Positions 49,257-61,328 of a stretch of DNA of 64,000 bases are shown in pieces (positions within the stretch are counted from its first letter, which is position 1; each line of letters starts with the position of its first letter). Made by a program: the position numbers and the translations under genes. This DNA is from Podarcis erhardii (Eukaryota): assembly GCA_964252035.1 (NCBI GenBank), contig OZ176210.1, one strand, 5' to 3'. The notes below the pieces were generated by a model that made no database searches, was not told the origin of the DNA, and was given only the letters and a program-made list of their open reading frames with translations.

Positions 49257-51972
49257 GTCTATGAAAGCTTAGACAATTTAATCCCGTAGCCAATATCTCT
49301 TTTTGCTCTCCTTGAACAACCAGAACAAAGGGAGGACTGTCCACAAGGGTTGTGTAACCTTTCCTTTTAATAACGTTGCTTATCTGTTTATTTTGCATTC
49401 CAGCTCCCTTACCAGTAAATATAAGAAGTTCCATTAGCTGATATAACAATATGGTAAGCATGGCATTTCAGCTTTTGTCCATTCTAAATCAATACATCCA
49501 CAAGGTAGAAGATGACATTGAACAGGCTGCCTTCTTGAAATCCAAAGAGTTTCAAGGAGTATAGAGGAGGGAGGATGTTTTCCTCTTCAATATTTCTGAG
49601 TCATAATAGACATGACAGACAGTATAAGTATTCGTACCTGCATTTAGATGCCGCAGGTCATGTGTTAACCTCCTACTTGCAAGCTTCCACCTGGTTGGCT
49701 GCTTAAAGGAAATGACTGTATGTTGCCACATGTACTGTAGTCAAAATGTAACACTGAAGTATGGTTTAGCATTATTACAACAAACCTAGCCTCTCCCTGG
49801 ACTTGCACGCTCCCCCTTTCCTTTCATCCTCTGTCAGGGATGCAAGAAACAGATGATGTCCACTTCCATTTTAGATCAACCACAGTGTAGCATGCTGTCC
49901 AAATCCTCAATCATAGTAGAGGCAAATTTAGGGCAGTGTGACTGGTTCCACTACACTGGGTGTCAAGCCTGGGGGGACGCTGCAACTATGACATAGTGAA
50001 TTGAGAGGTGGGAGCGCCAAATTTTGGCCTCGCACAGGGCACCGCTGAAATTTGAAAGACCGAAGTTCGCCCCTGATCACAGTTTACTTTAAAGTTTAGT
50101 TAGTAAAAAGAACCCAGCTCCATAAACTATGGATTGAAGTTTGCTTACTTTGACCAATCTTAGTTAAGATCTGGCAAGATGTAGTGAATCAAAAACAGAA
50201 CATGAAAGCTTCTAAATTTCTTTCAGCAATGCTGAAGGGGAAGCACACAAGTTCAGTGCTGATGCATCTTATTCTTGTAATGCTAAGCTGTGGTTTAACA
50301 TCAGTTTTTAGAATATTGGCCTAGATGCATTGTTGCTGCGATACAAGAGATTGAGAACACTTTTGTGTTAGCTTTTCAAGAACAACATCAAGGCCAGAAT
50401 GCACACTGCTTTTTAAGGAAATATTAGCCAGTGTCATTCTATTTAGGAATCATTCATTTGAGAGGGAATTTTAATACCAGGCTGATATTAGTCATTCTTT
50501 ATGCAACTTATTCCTGCTAGTGCTGTTGATGTTATATAAGGGTTACTATGGATTACTTCCAGGACTGCATATACTTGATCTGAGGTGCCTGTTGACATTT
50601 AAAGTGTGGCTTGGAATGCTCAACCATAGCATCTGACATGAATTCAAGAATGTATCCAACAGCAAAAGCAGGAGACACCATCCTGTAGCTAGTAATTTAC
50701 TCTTATTCAAAATTCGGAGGGTTGTTGTTGCTGTACGGTTTTTCAATACCCCCCCGCCAAAAAAAAACCATCTTGTAGGATTGCCACTTTAAATTCAAGG
50801 ACAATATAAGCCACCCTATAAGGCATGGGTGGAGAACCCTTGGCTTGTAAGCCAGATTTGGCCATCAACCTTATCTCATCTAGCCTGCTGCACCTGCAAG
50901 CAGCTGAGGTTTCTCTTAGCCTGCCTACTTTTGTTTCATAGAGGAACTGGCTCGTTGTTGTTTTTTGGCGGCAGTGGTAGCTGCACATCACTGGGACTAG
51001 TTGCGGAAAGGAGGCAAGACTACAGTTGTCATCACCAGCACCACTGCTGCTGCTGTTGTAGCCAGTTGCCTGATTTTCTGCCCATGGTGGCTCTCAGGAA
51101 CCAGGGGGTTGCACTGATCAGCAATGCAGGCTGCACTCACAAACTCACCAGCCCCACCCCAATGCATACAATTGAGCACAGGCAAAGCGTAAGCATTGGT
51201 GTTTGCCGTTGTCAGCTTTTGTGAAGACCCAGCACAAAGCTTTACCTCTTTCTTTTCTTTTTTTCAGTGAAGCAGAGAGGCTCTTGAATAGGATAACTAT
51301 TTTAAATCTCTACTCTTTCTACGAATGGTCATGTGCTCCAGAACTGAATTATGTCACAATGAAGACTTAGCAGCTCCTCAAAACCTGTGCTTTTGGGACT
51401 GATGTCTCTGCATGATAATAAACTAAAGCTGACTTGCTGATACTGTAATATCAGTCCCAGAATTATCATCCTCGGGAGACGATAGATACTCTACCTGCAT
51501 TCATCCATCTCTCCTTTGTGGGGAGAAAACAAGCTTGAGTCATGTAATGAATGAAAAAGTGATTGAGAGACTAATTTTCAGACATGAGCACCAATAGATA
51601 ATGTGCAGTCCCCGTGTTCAAGTGCTCAGAGAGGCTTTAGGCATATAAATGCCCTTTTTAAAGTGATACTTTGTTCACTGAAAGACGTAGATCTGCTGTA
51701 CTGGAAGAAATATAAGACTAGGAGCTAGTAGGCCAAGATTCTCTCTTCAGCTATCATCTAGACTTCTGTGTGCATAACTGATATCACCCAAAATATATTA
51801 AGTAAAATATTCAAGGAATGGAAGAGGTATGGCGTACTGATGGGTTCACTGCTTTTCTTGGTCAATGGACCTATATTCTTAGCACTGATGCCGTGAAAGA
51901 TTTACATCTTTACAGACAGCCTGTTTACACAATCAAGAGTCCAAGACGGTTAACTTCAGCTTGTTATTTCTT

Positions 51973-52218
51973 CATGAGTAGCCTGTCAGGTAGATCTACT
52001 AGTAGATCACGGGGTGTTCCTGGTAGATCCTGATAGATCTCTGGCCCCTCTGTGATCTCCTTCCAACCAACTGTGGCATTTATAAAAGAAGCTCAGCAAC
52101 TCTGACTTCCTAAAGAAAAGCTCAACAACTTTGGCCCATCCAACGACAATGGGCAGATCACTGCCAGTTTTCTTATCCTGTGAGTAGATCACAGTCTATT
52201 GGGAGCTGGACGTCCCTG
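51973..52218. mobile_element. Decayed MITE with repeated GTAGATC motifs
   Basis: Multiple GGTAGATC/TAGATCAC motifs and a ...GGACGTCCCTG end. No TSD. Confidence 0.4.
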
Positions 52219-55110
52219 GTATAGAGGCTTCTGATGCATCTACCTTGGGATGTATCAAGGCATGCAAGTCATTTAGGGCTTTAAAAACTATTGTGAACAC
52301 CTTAAATCGGGCTCATGAGGAGTGCAGCTGCTTCAGACAACCAGCGCAGCTGCTTCAAAACAGGTGTTACATATGTCTTCTTGCAGCTGCACCCAGCAAG
52401 AACTTGGCTGCTGCATTCTTCACCATCCACAACTTCCAAACCATTTTCAAATGTAGAATGCATTGCAATAGTGTAGTTTTAGACTATATTTATTTCTTTG
52501 CTTAGAAAAAGTGCAGATCCCTTTATCCTGCCAAGAATTTTGCTGACTCTTTCTGTGCACTTGAACTGATGATTCACCGCTTAAACACAGGAAGGATTTT
52601 GACTTTGAAAGGAGTTCAAGGGCAACAGTTCCACAATCCATTAACCTGTTTTTAGGCTATGCTATCTTCCATTGGGGACACAACTCTAATATTCCACTAG
52701 AAAATTACAGCTGAAGAACAAGTTTAAAAAGCTTCAAATAAGCCAACAATGGATTTATATGCCATAATTTAAACCCTGTAGTAGCTGCTTTTTGAAAGGC
52801 AGAGGATGAGGTCTTGCACTCTTCATGAAGCTAACCTTGAATCCCATTTAGAGGTTTTAGCTACTGTAGAAAGAGATGACCCACTTACTGATGGAGGTAG
52901 GTTTCTGGAAGTATCTTAGGACTAATCTACTATGAGAGGATGTGATGCATCACTCCTGGGACCCAGCACCTTAAGAATGCAAATGAAAGCTTCTCCTGTA
53001 TAAAAACATAAATACTTTGTCAAGGATAAGAGTGACAACAATGCCATCTCCCTAGAATGATAGTTTTTTACATGTGTTATTAAATGTGAAGGAGCTTGGA
53101 AAAAATGTGACCCCAGCCTGCATTTTGGATTCTGAAGTAGTATAATCCTACAAGCACTGTGCCACATACATTTTCTAAGAGATGGGTTTGCAAATGCATT
53201 GTTCCAGTGTCTGTTCAGACTTCTTATGGACTTCAAGGCATAAGCCAAGGTTCTGAAGTTGATTTACAAGTCCTTGACTGCCTTGGGACCTACAGACCTG
53301 AAAGACGGGCTGCCATTATATAGGCTTCCACAGTTCTGCTCACCACATACACCATGGGGTGAATAATAATACTATCTAGAGCATTTTAGAGCAGGTGGGG
53401 TGTTTTAATGTGTTTCCCCCCTGGTTTTAATGGCTATGTGTTTGAGCTAAAAATTATCAGAAGAGAAATTTCTGAGAACGTTACTATTTAGGTCTCCACA
53501 CACCCAATTGATTCAAGATAAACACATATACACAGCTCCAACTCAGGCATTCTAATCTTGGTTAAACAAAGCATATGAGAAGGAAGCGTGCCCTTGCTGT
53601 GGCAACCGCATGTACAAAGCCTTGGAGGGCAGGATCCTTCTCATGCACAGGCATCCATGCAATCTAGAACCCTGAGCAATTTGTGTTCCAGATCACTAGG
53701 AGGCCTGTATCCACCAAGGTTCCCGTCCTACAGCAGGGGACAGGCTAAAAGAGATTAATAGAAGCTCCATTTCACCGTTACTTACAAGAAGGTTAATAGC
53801 AAGCAAATTCTCCATGGTTGGTGGTGGTAATAGAAAGACTGCTAGCACAATGGAGAGACGGCAGGAAGCAAAACTCCCCCTCTGCCCAGTCTCACAAGTG
53901 TGTGAAGTTCACCTCTCAGGCTTGCTGTTCATTAACACCGGGGGTGGGGGAGGGAGTAAAAGGTCCACTTGAAAGACTGTTGATAAAGACCCAGGGGGAA
54001 AAAATCCATTGAAAGTCATGCTGCTTAGAGGGCCACAACTCCCGACTGCTTGAAGCACTGGAGCAAGGCAAAGTGAGCTGAAAGTACAATGTAGCTTTCA
54101 GAATGCAATCGATGCATCATAATCTCATTCTGAATAGGATTTGTGTGTACATCTCTCTCGTTTGTATTGAAGCCAAGAACAGAGTGTCAAAGAGACTTAG
54201 AGAAGAGCCGAGGGGGAAGGGAGCGAGTTGAGTGAGCATCAAAAGAAGACTTTTAAGTGATTTCTTTTCCTTGAGCATCAAGGAAATCAAAGAGGAGAGG
54301 GGGGAAATGTGGACTGAGCATGAATAAAACACTTTTAAGTGCTTTATTTCTACTGCATCAGAGTAACTAAAAGAAAGGATTGTGAAGTATAAATTGAGGA
54401 TCTCCGTCAAAGCCCCTTTCCTTGTAAGATTCCTTTAAAAAAATTCCTCCCCCAGAAATATGACTTGGGGCAGGGAGGGATACAGAGATGTAGAAAAGAT
54501 AAAGCAGCTGTTTTCACCATCATATATACTAATAGTAATCTCGATTTTCTGACTGCCAGTCCTTAGGTACCCAAAGCAGCACCATCCACAGACAAAATGG
54601 AGGTAGCAGCAGATTTAGGGGGACCTCAGGATTTGTGGCAGTACAAGGGAAAGCCCTCAGGGTTCATTGGCCATGGAATAATAATGGATTGTTGGGGTGA
54701 GGGGCAGAGAGAAGGAAAACCAGGGACAGGGGCAAAAGAATGCAGCAGTTTGAACCCTCAACAGCAGCATCCCTACAAGGCAACATTTTGATGTAGGCCC
54801 CATGTTTCCTGAATGGCAAAATGGCAACAGCCAAGCACAAGAGGGAGCTATCAGCATACTCAGAGGGACCCCAAAGTCGGGAGACGTACAAAACATCTTG
54901 AGGGAAGAGCTCTTGGGAGAAAGCAAATCCCAAAAAGGTTGTGTATGCTTAGCAGGCATAGAGTGCTGACTGACAAAACATGGACAGGCAGGAAACCAGG
55001 GAAGGAGGCATCATGGAATGGAGTGGCTGGAACCCTGAATGACTGTGTTCCACACGGCATCATTTTATGGCAAGTTCTACATGTGTTTTCATCATCAAAG
55101 ACTTGCTTCG

Positions 55111-55304
55111 CATACCCTCCAAGTGTCCTGATTTTCCAGGGGCAGTCCCAGAATTTTGAAAGCCACCCAGGCTTCTGATCTGATCCCAGAATTTGATCCT
55201 TGCTAGTGCTGCTGCTGCTGCTGAGCTCAGGGAGGAGGTGCTGAGGAGGGTGGCAGGGAGTGAGAAATATCCCTGTTTTCATCTGAGGAATGTTGGAGAA
55301 TATG
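55111..55304 (+). mobile_element. Decayed hAT-type MITE (family of 15810)
   Basis: CATACCCTCCAAGTGTCC...TGTTGGAGAATATG termini. Confidence 0.55.
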
Positions 55305-57000
55305 GCTTTGATTTCATCTGACATTAGCCCAGCAATGCAGATCTGTAGTGTATATGAAATTTCAGTTTCCAACGTGCGTCATCATTAAAGTGCCTTTGAA
55401 ATATTTGGATGGGAGGTTATAAATAAATGATCTGTACTTTGTATTGCTATTAGTCTCTAGCCTATAGAATCAGGGAAGATTATCAAGTTACTAATAGCCC
55501 ATTGCCACTGAAATTGTTTATTATACGGGATTCTTTCAGGGCTAGATAAGGGAGGGTATTTGCTGGCCTTTGCAAAAGTCTTGGATCTCAACCATTTTGT
55601 TCTGGATTAAGGAGCAGCGATCTCACTAAATTCCACTCTTGGACTTGAAATATTAAACAAAAACAATGTAGAGTCTGAAAGAAAAAAAATCTGTGAACTT
55701 GCCCTGAGCATATTATAGTATCCATAAGAAACTGATATGTTTGCCACCAGGAGTTTCCACAGGGAGAGCCTGGGATTTTGCCTTTTCCTAATGTTCTCCT
55801 TTCCCCCGCATGCTACACAACTGTCCTATTTTGAGCGGAACTTCCCAGATTTACAGAAGCCGCTCCATACAATTATAAGGACCATTGCAGCTCAGCAACC
55901 CCACACCAACATACATTTTCTTCCCACCCACCGCTGAAGAGGGAACCTTGATTTCTCTCTGTGTGTAGGCTCAGCCCAGGATTTAGAAACCTGTGCAATC
56001 AGGGTTCTAAGCCATGGGACGTGTCTATGCACATAGTGCAAGTTCACAACTTCACATCTTACCATGTGACTGTTACATAGAGGAGTGGTTAGATGGGTAG
56101 GACAGACAGCAGCATACAGGGGCAACGTACATCAATCATACAAATGTTTCACCAAATGTAGGCATCTGATTTTCAATGTGTTGTTCTGGCTGGAGAAATA
56201 GTAAAACTAATAATAGGCATGGAGTGGGGGCAGGAGAGAAGGGAATAACACAGAAATAATAATTGGCTGATTCTGCAATTAATGGCAAAATCGCTCAATC
56301 CTTTTAGAAATGAAAATGAAACTGATGGAGGGCGGAACCGGAGGGGTGTGGTGGCGAATAAGTGTGTTCAGATAATGGGGGGGGGGGGACTTCCTTGCAC
56401 TGCGTACCACGGTTTCTTTCCTAAGGTTAACAAACTACATTAACCATTCGCTCATCTGTAGCTCATAATTAATCACTTGTTGAAAATTACATTGTATAAT
56501 AAATGAGAACAGACATGATTCATTAAAACTTCTAATTAATTCTATTTAATACTATTTCATAGTTCATTGGTAAGTGCTGAGAGAAGGATTACAGTGTAGG
56601 ATATTTGAGGCATTGTTGCTGAAGAAGTAAATAGGGCAAACATGATCTGGAGTGAAACCTAGACACAGAAGCAAATGAAAATGTCAGCTGTTTATCTCCG
56701 CAGTGCCTGCTAGCACCATAGCATTGTACTTAAGGGCCAGTTAGAGCTTTTACTGTCATTTCCTATTTCTAATAGCTTATAAACCAAACGAGCCTGAGCT
56801 CAGATTTGACATTTGGTTCAGAGCAGGTGGGGCTTGGTTTTGTTCTGTTTGGAAACAACAACTTTCAGTGCATATCAAAGCAAATGCTTCAAGCTTTTAT
56901 TTCTCTATAGCTGGAGGAACAAGGGCTTTTTTTAATTTATCGGCCAGCAATTCTGCAACCTTTTCTTGCAAGGGAAAAGGGGGCATAGGAACAGCTAGGG

Positions 57001-57379
57001 GTAAGGTAAAGGAGCCCTGGACAATGTAAGTCCAGTCAAAGGTGACTATGGGGTTGCGGCGCTCATCTCACTTCAGGCCAAGGGCACTGGTGTTTGTCTA
57101 CAGACAGCTTTCCGGGTCATGTGGCCAGCAGGACTAAACTACTACTGGAGCACAGAGGACTGTGACAAGTGCCAGAGCGCACAGAAATGCTGTTTACCTT
57201 CCCACTGCAGTAGTACCTATTTATCTACTTGCACTGGCGTGCTTTCAAACTGCTAGGTTGGCAGAAGTTGGGACAGAGCAATGGGAGCTCACTCCATCAT
57301 GTGGATTCAAACCACTGACCTTCCGATCAGCAAGCCCAAGGGGCTCAGTGGTTTAGACCTCAGCGCCACTCGCATCCCT
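57001..57379 (-). mobile_element. Sauria SINE
   Basis: Full-length match with a 10-bp TSD ACAGCTAGGG (56991-57000, 57380-89). Confidence 0.93.
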
Positions 57380-57384
57380 ACAGC

Positions 57385-57782
57385 TAGGGATTTGTCAGCT
57401 TTGGTTTCTCTCAGTCTCTCATTTCTCCAATCTCAGGTTTGGTTCTCCACATATCTACATCAGTTTCCATTTTTTAAAGTCCTCATGAAGATTCATCAGC
57501 ATTGCAGTGCAAATTTCTCCTAATGTTCACGCAAATGTATGCAGTTTTGCCTAATGTACATATTTTGCAAAGCAATTTCCCCTAATATTTGCATTTTTAG
57601 ACACACTTTCTCCTTCTCTATGCATTTTTGTAGATGTTACTTGGCTGGAGAACTGCTTCTCCAAATTTAGAGAAGTTCAGATTTCAATGAATAATTGCAT
57701 TCCGGTTCATGTATCATTTCAGAAAGTGTGAATTAGGTAGGTAAACATTTAAAGGTGGACTGAATTGAAATTCTCCCCAGCA
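57385..57782 (+). mobile_element. Diverged copy of the 28239-28619 element
   Basis: Shared TAGGGAT start, TTTGGAGAAGT/TTTAGAGAAGT and GAATTAGGTAGG blocks. Confidence 0.55.
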
Positions 57783-57789
57783 CCAAGGA

Positions 57790-57964
57790 ATGGCTTTCTT
57801 CTACCAAGTCAGACTATTGGTCCATCTCATTCAAAACTTGCAGCAGCTCAACAGGGTTTCAAAGAGGGTTTCCTTTCCACCCCACCCTCCTGCTGCTGCC
57901 AGCTTAGAGATGGCAGGGATTGGTTTATGCAGAGCATGTGCTCTGCCACTGCACTAGAGCCCTT
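57790..57964 (-). mobile_element. Decayed tRNA-derived SINE (Squam3-like)
   Basis: Reverse complement carries a GCTCTAGTGCAGTGGCAGAGCACATGCTCTGCAT head. Confidence 0.5.
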
Positions 57965-58087
57965 AGCCAATATTTTAAGGCCTGTTGTTTTTCAGTGTAA
58001 AAGAATAATCTTATGCTCCTGGAGGGCAGTCATACGATGCAGCAGCAGAGCTCCTCCACCAGTGGAAAGAAGTTCCACCAGCAGACT

Positions 58088-58625
58088 AGTAATAGCTTAA
58101 AGGTCCCGGGCCCTAAGGAAGCCAGACTATCCTCCACCAAGGCCAGGGCTTTTTCAGTGATGGCTCTGACCTGGTGGAATGCTCTGTCCCACGAGACTAG
58201 GGCCCTGCAGGACTTGATCTCCTTCCGCAGGGCCTGTAAGACAGAGCTATTCCGCCTGGCCTTCAATTTGAATTAGCCTGATCCTCTATTCCCTTTTCCC
58301 TTTCCTCTTCTATGAAGAAACACTTTCTGGGACCCCACATTTAAATTCTTCCCTGGTCTCCTTGCTGGCCCTAATAGGACCAACTTGGCCAGTTAGCCCT
58401 GGTGATCATTTGATGTCTACTGACTGGGTTCCCCCTCCAAAAAAATGACCCCTGAATTTTTGAATTTTATTGATATTGATGCTGCATTTTATGTTGTATT
58501 TTATGCTGTTTTATGCTGTTTTAAAGTCGCATTTTAAGCAATGTTTTATATTTGCTCTTGGCCGCCCTGAGCATGGTTTTTAAACTGGGAAGGATGGGGT
58601 ATAAATTATTATTATTATTATTATT
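58088..58625 (+). mobile_element. L2-clade LINE 3' end with UTR and (TAT)n tail
   Basis: LKVPGPKEARLSSTKARAFSVMALTWWNAL...FRRACKTELFRLAF. Same subfamily as 9804. Confidence 0.85.
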
Positions 58626-60630
58626 CTACCACCAAATGTCCCACTAGTGCCATCACTGCTTTGCTGGCAGTGTCACACTGCCAGTATTTCGCCAGAGGTG
58701 GGGCACAAAATAGGGCATTTCAGAGGATGCCTGGATCTTCAGGACAGTAAGCCACCTTGTTCCTTCAATAGGCTCTGAAACTGTGCCAGCAAAAAAAGCC
58801 ACAGCAGCATTAAGTGAGAGGGTGAGAGCCACGTTCCACCCTGGTCACAACCACCTTTGGGTGTGACAATTGCTCTGCCACATCCCGGGTGACACTCAGT
58901 GATACCATCTCAGTTTCTTGAACTCCCATCATTCTCCATCCCAAAAGTACCACCTCTGTGCTCCTCCCCAGATATTCCATTAACTACACTTGGACCTCCT
59001 GCCACATTTTTTAAAGCCTTTCATCTGCTCTGTTGTGTCATTTTGAGTTCATACAGAAACACTGCAATGAAAGTAAAGCAAAGTGAGTTGTAATCTTGTA
59101 ATATTTCAACACTGGTCAATAGTTCTGTCACTCACTGTATGAATAACAAATTTTGCAGGCCCTTCAGAGGGAAAATAAAGAGAAGATCATTTCTAGTTTC
59201 ATAAATCACACTCAGCCAGTACTTTACCCTCTATTCCCAAATACAAATAAGATTAAGTCAAAATTAAACCACCCAAGGTAAAGTTATTTGTAATGATCCA
59301 TACAGTAGTTTGGGGCTTCCATGCAGCAGAACTGACACTCTTCTCTGCTATCTCCATTGTGCGTGGTAATCTGGACACTTACCCTTTTTAATTCAGTTAT
59401 GACTAAAATTGGCTCAGATAGTAATGGCGAACTCACAGCCTTCCAGATGTTGTTGGACTATAGCTCCCCTCATCTCTGATCATTGGCTATGCTGACTGGG
59501 TTCTAGTCAACATCTGGACATCCACAGGTTCCCCAGCCCTGGTCTAGATGATGATGAGGATCATGTTGTTATTAATACTATTATTATTAGCATGTATATA
59601 CTGATTTTTTAACTTAGATATTTAGAGACAGAGGGTGGCATTGGCAAGGAAAAGCTGGATATGGTTAGGGCAGGTGATTTGGGGTGATTGCTGGAAGTCA
59701 AGAAGATACTGAGGTGAAGAAGATACAATAACAATGCCCCATGATTTGTTGATCTTCAAGAGTGGAGCCATGGCCCCTAGAGTTCATAGACTGCCACTAT
59801 ACTTACTACTGTACACTGTCACCACCCAATTGTGGGCATTTGTACATGTTGCTGGTTGCAAATGATTCCTAACTAGTGTTTAAGCAGCCTCATTATGGCT
59901 ACTGAATCCTACATTTGCTGCATGTGGCAATGTGCTCAGTCCAGGATTAAACTTTCCCTGGTCCCTCTGGAGGCAAATATGCCTCCCTTCACCCCATTAG
60001 GCAGGCAAGTCTCACTTCATGGTAAATATTTTAATTGCTGCCCCTTCCAAGTTGTAATCTGTTAACTAAGATAGTTACAGTCATTTCCATTTATTTATGA
60101 GACCTTCAAATATATGAGCAAAACCAGAAATTCATAATCAAAAATTAAGAATACTGAAATCTTTTTCCACAAAAATTAGTAATAATGTGGAAATTTATTT
60201 TATACATCAACTGTCTTTATCTTTAGTTTGTTCAGTTGGTTTTGAACAATATATGACATCCTCATATAATGGCTCTTTGGTTATAGTAAGCTAAAAGACT
60301 GATAAGGCATCCTATTCTGTCTGCTAATTGTATTTCTGATGCTATTGCCCATTATTTTAATACTGTTCTGTATGGTGGCCTTGCCAGTTAGCCACCTAAT
60401 TAAGCAAAATGACTCATCTGATCAATTTAATCCTGTTAATGACTACCAGATGCCCACAAATGGCACTTGGGATTATTATGAGTAATGGTCATTTTTGAAA
60501 TGTTATTAACCATTTCACAGCAGGATATACCTTTATCTGTGAAGCATACTAGGCTGACAGTTAAAAAACTGAAGAGAGAACATCTTTATCTTCCTTTCCT
60601 AGGAAACGATATCATTATCTATATACTCTA

Positions 60631-61047
60631 NNNNNNNNNNNNNNNNNNNNNNNNNNNNNNNNNNNNNNNNNNNNNNNNNNNNNNNNNNNNNNNNNNNNNN
60701 NNNNNNNNNNNNNNNNNNNNNNNNNNNNNNNNNNNNNNNNNNNNNNNNNNNNNNNNNNNNNNNNNNNNNNNNNNNNNNNNNNNNNNNNNNNNNNNNNNNN
60801 NNNNNNNNNNNNNNNNNNNNNNNNNNNNNNNNNNNNNNNNNNNNNNNNNNNNNNNNNNNNNNNNNNNNNNNNNNNNNNNNNNNNNNNNNNNNNNNNNNNN
60901 NNNNNNNNNNNNNNNNNNNNNNNNNNNNNNNNNNNNNNNNNNNNNNNNNNNNNNNNNNNNNNNNNNNNNNNNNNNNNNNNNNNNNNNNNNNNNNNNNNNN
61001 NNNNNNNNNNNNNNNNNNNNNNNNNNNNNNNNNNNNNNNNNNNNNNC
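60631..61047. other. Assembly gap (N run; right edge +/-1)
   Basis: Run of n. Confidence 0.98.
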
Positions 61048-61328
61048 CTTTATCACCTGATATCATGGTGACACCAAGTGACTGACAGGTGAGTGACCTG
61101 CAGGGGGGCTGAGGATCCAGACCACTGAGGATCCTGTTTCCTACTTTGATACTGTTGAATTTTGTAATGCCAGAAAATAACACCTTGTATTTCCCCTAAC
61201 CCAGGTGCACATTGCATGTTGAAAAATTCACATTCATGAATTGTAATCTCTCCCCAGTTTCAGAGATATCTATACTACAGATTTATGTATGTTTTATTTT
61301 ATACCAGGAACAGCTGCATATTTCATAA

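Noticed and set aside
60274-60284. miR-9-like TCTTTGGTTAT
   Set aside because: Only 11 nt match, the rest diverges, and there is no hairpin.
61048-61094. Strong donor CAG|GTGAGT as the end of a coding exon
   Set aside because: All three upstream frames contain stops within 41 nt, and the context resembles a MITE fragment.
60485-61183. Long ORFs spanning N runs (also near 13 kb, 42 kb and 43.5 kb)
   Set aside because: Artefacts of gaps that contain no stop codons.
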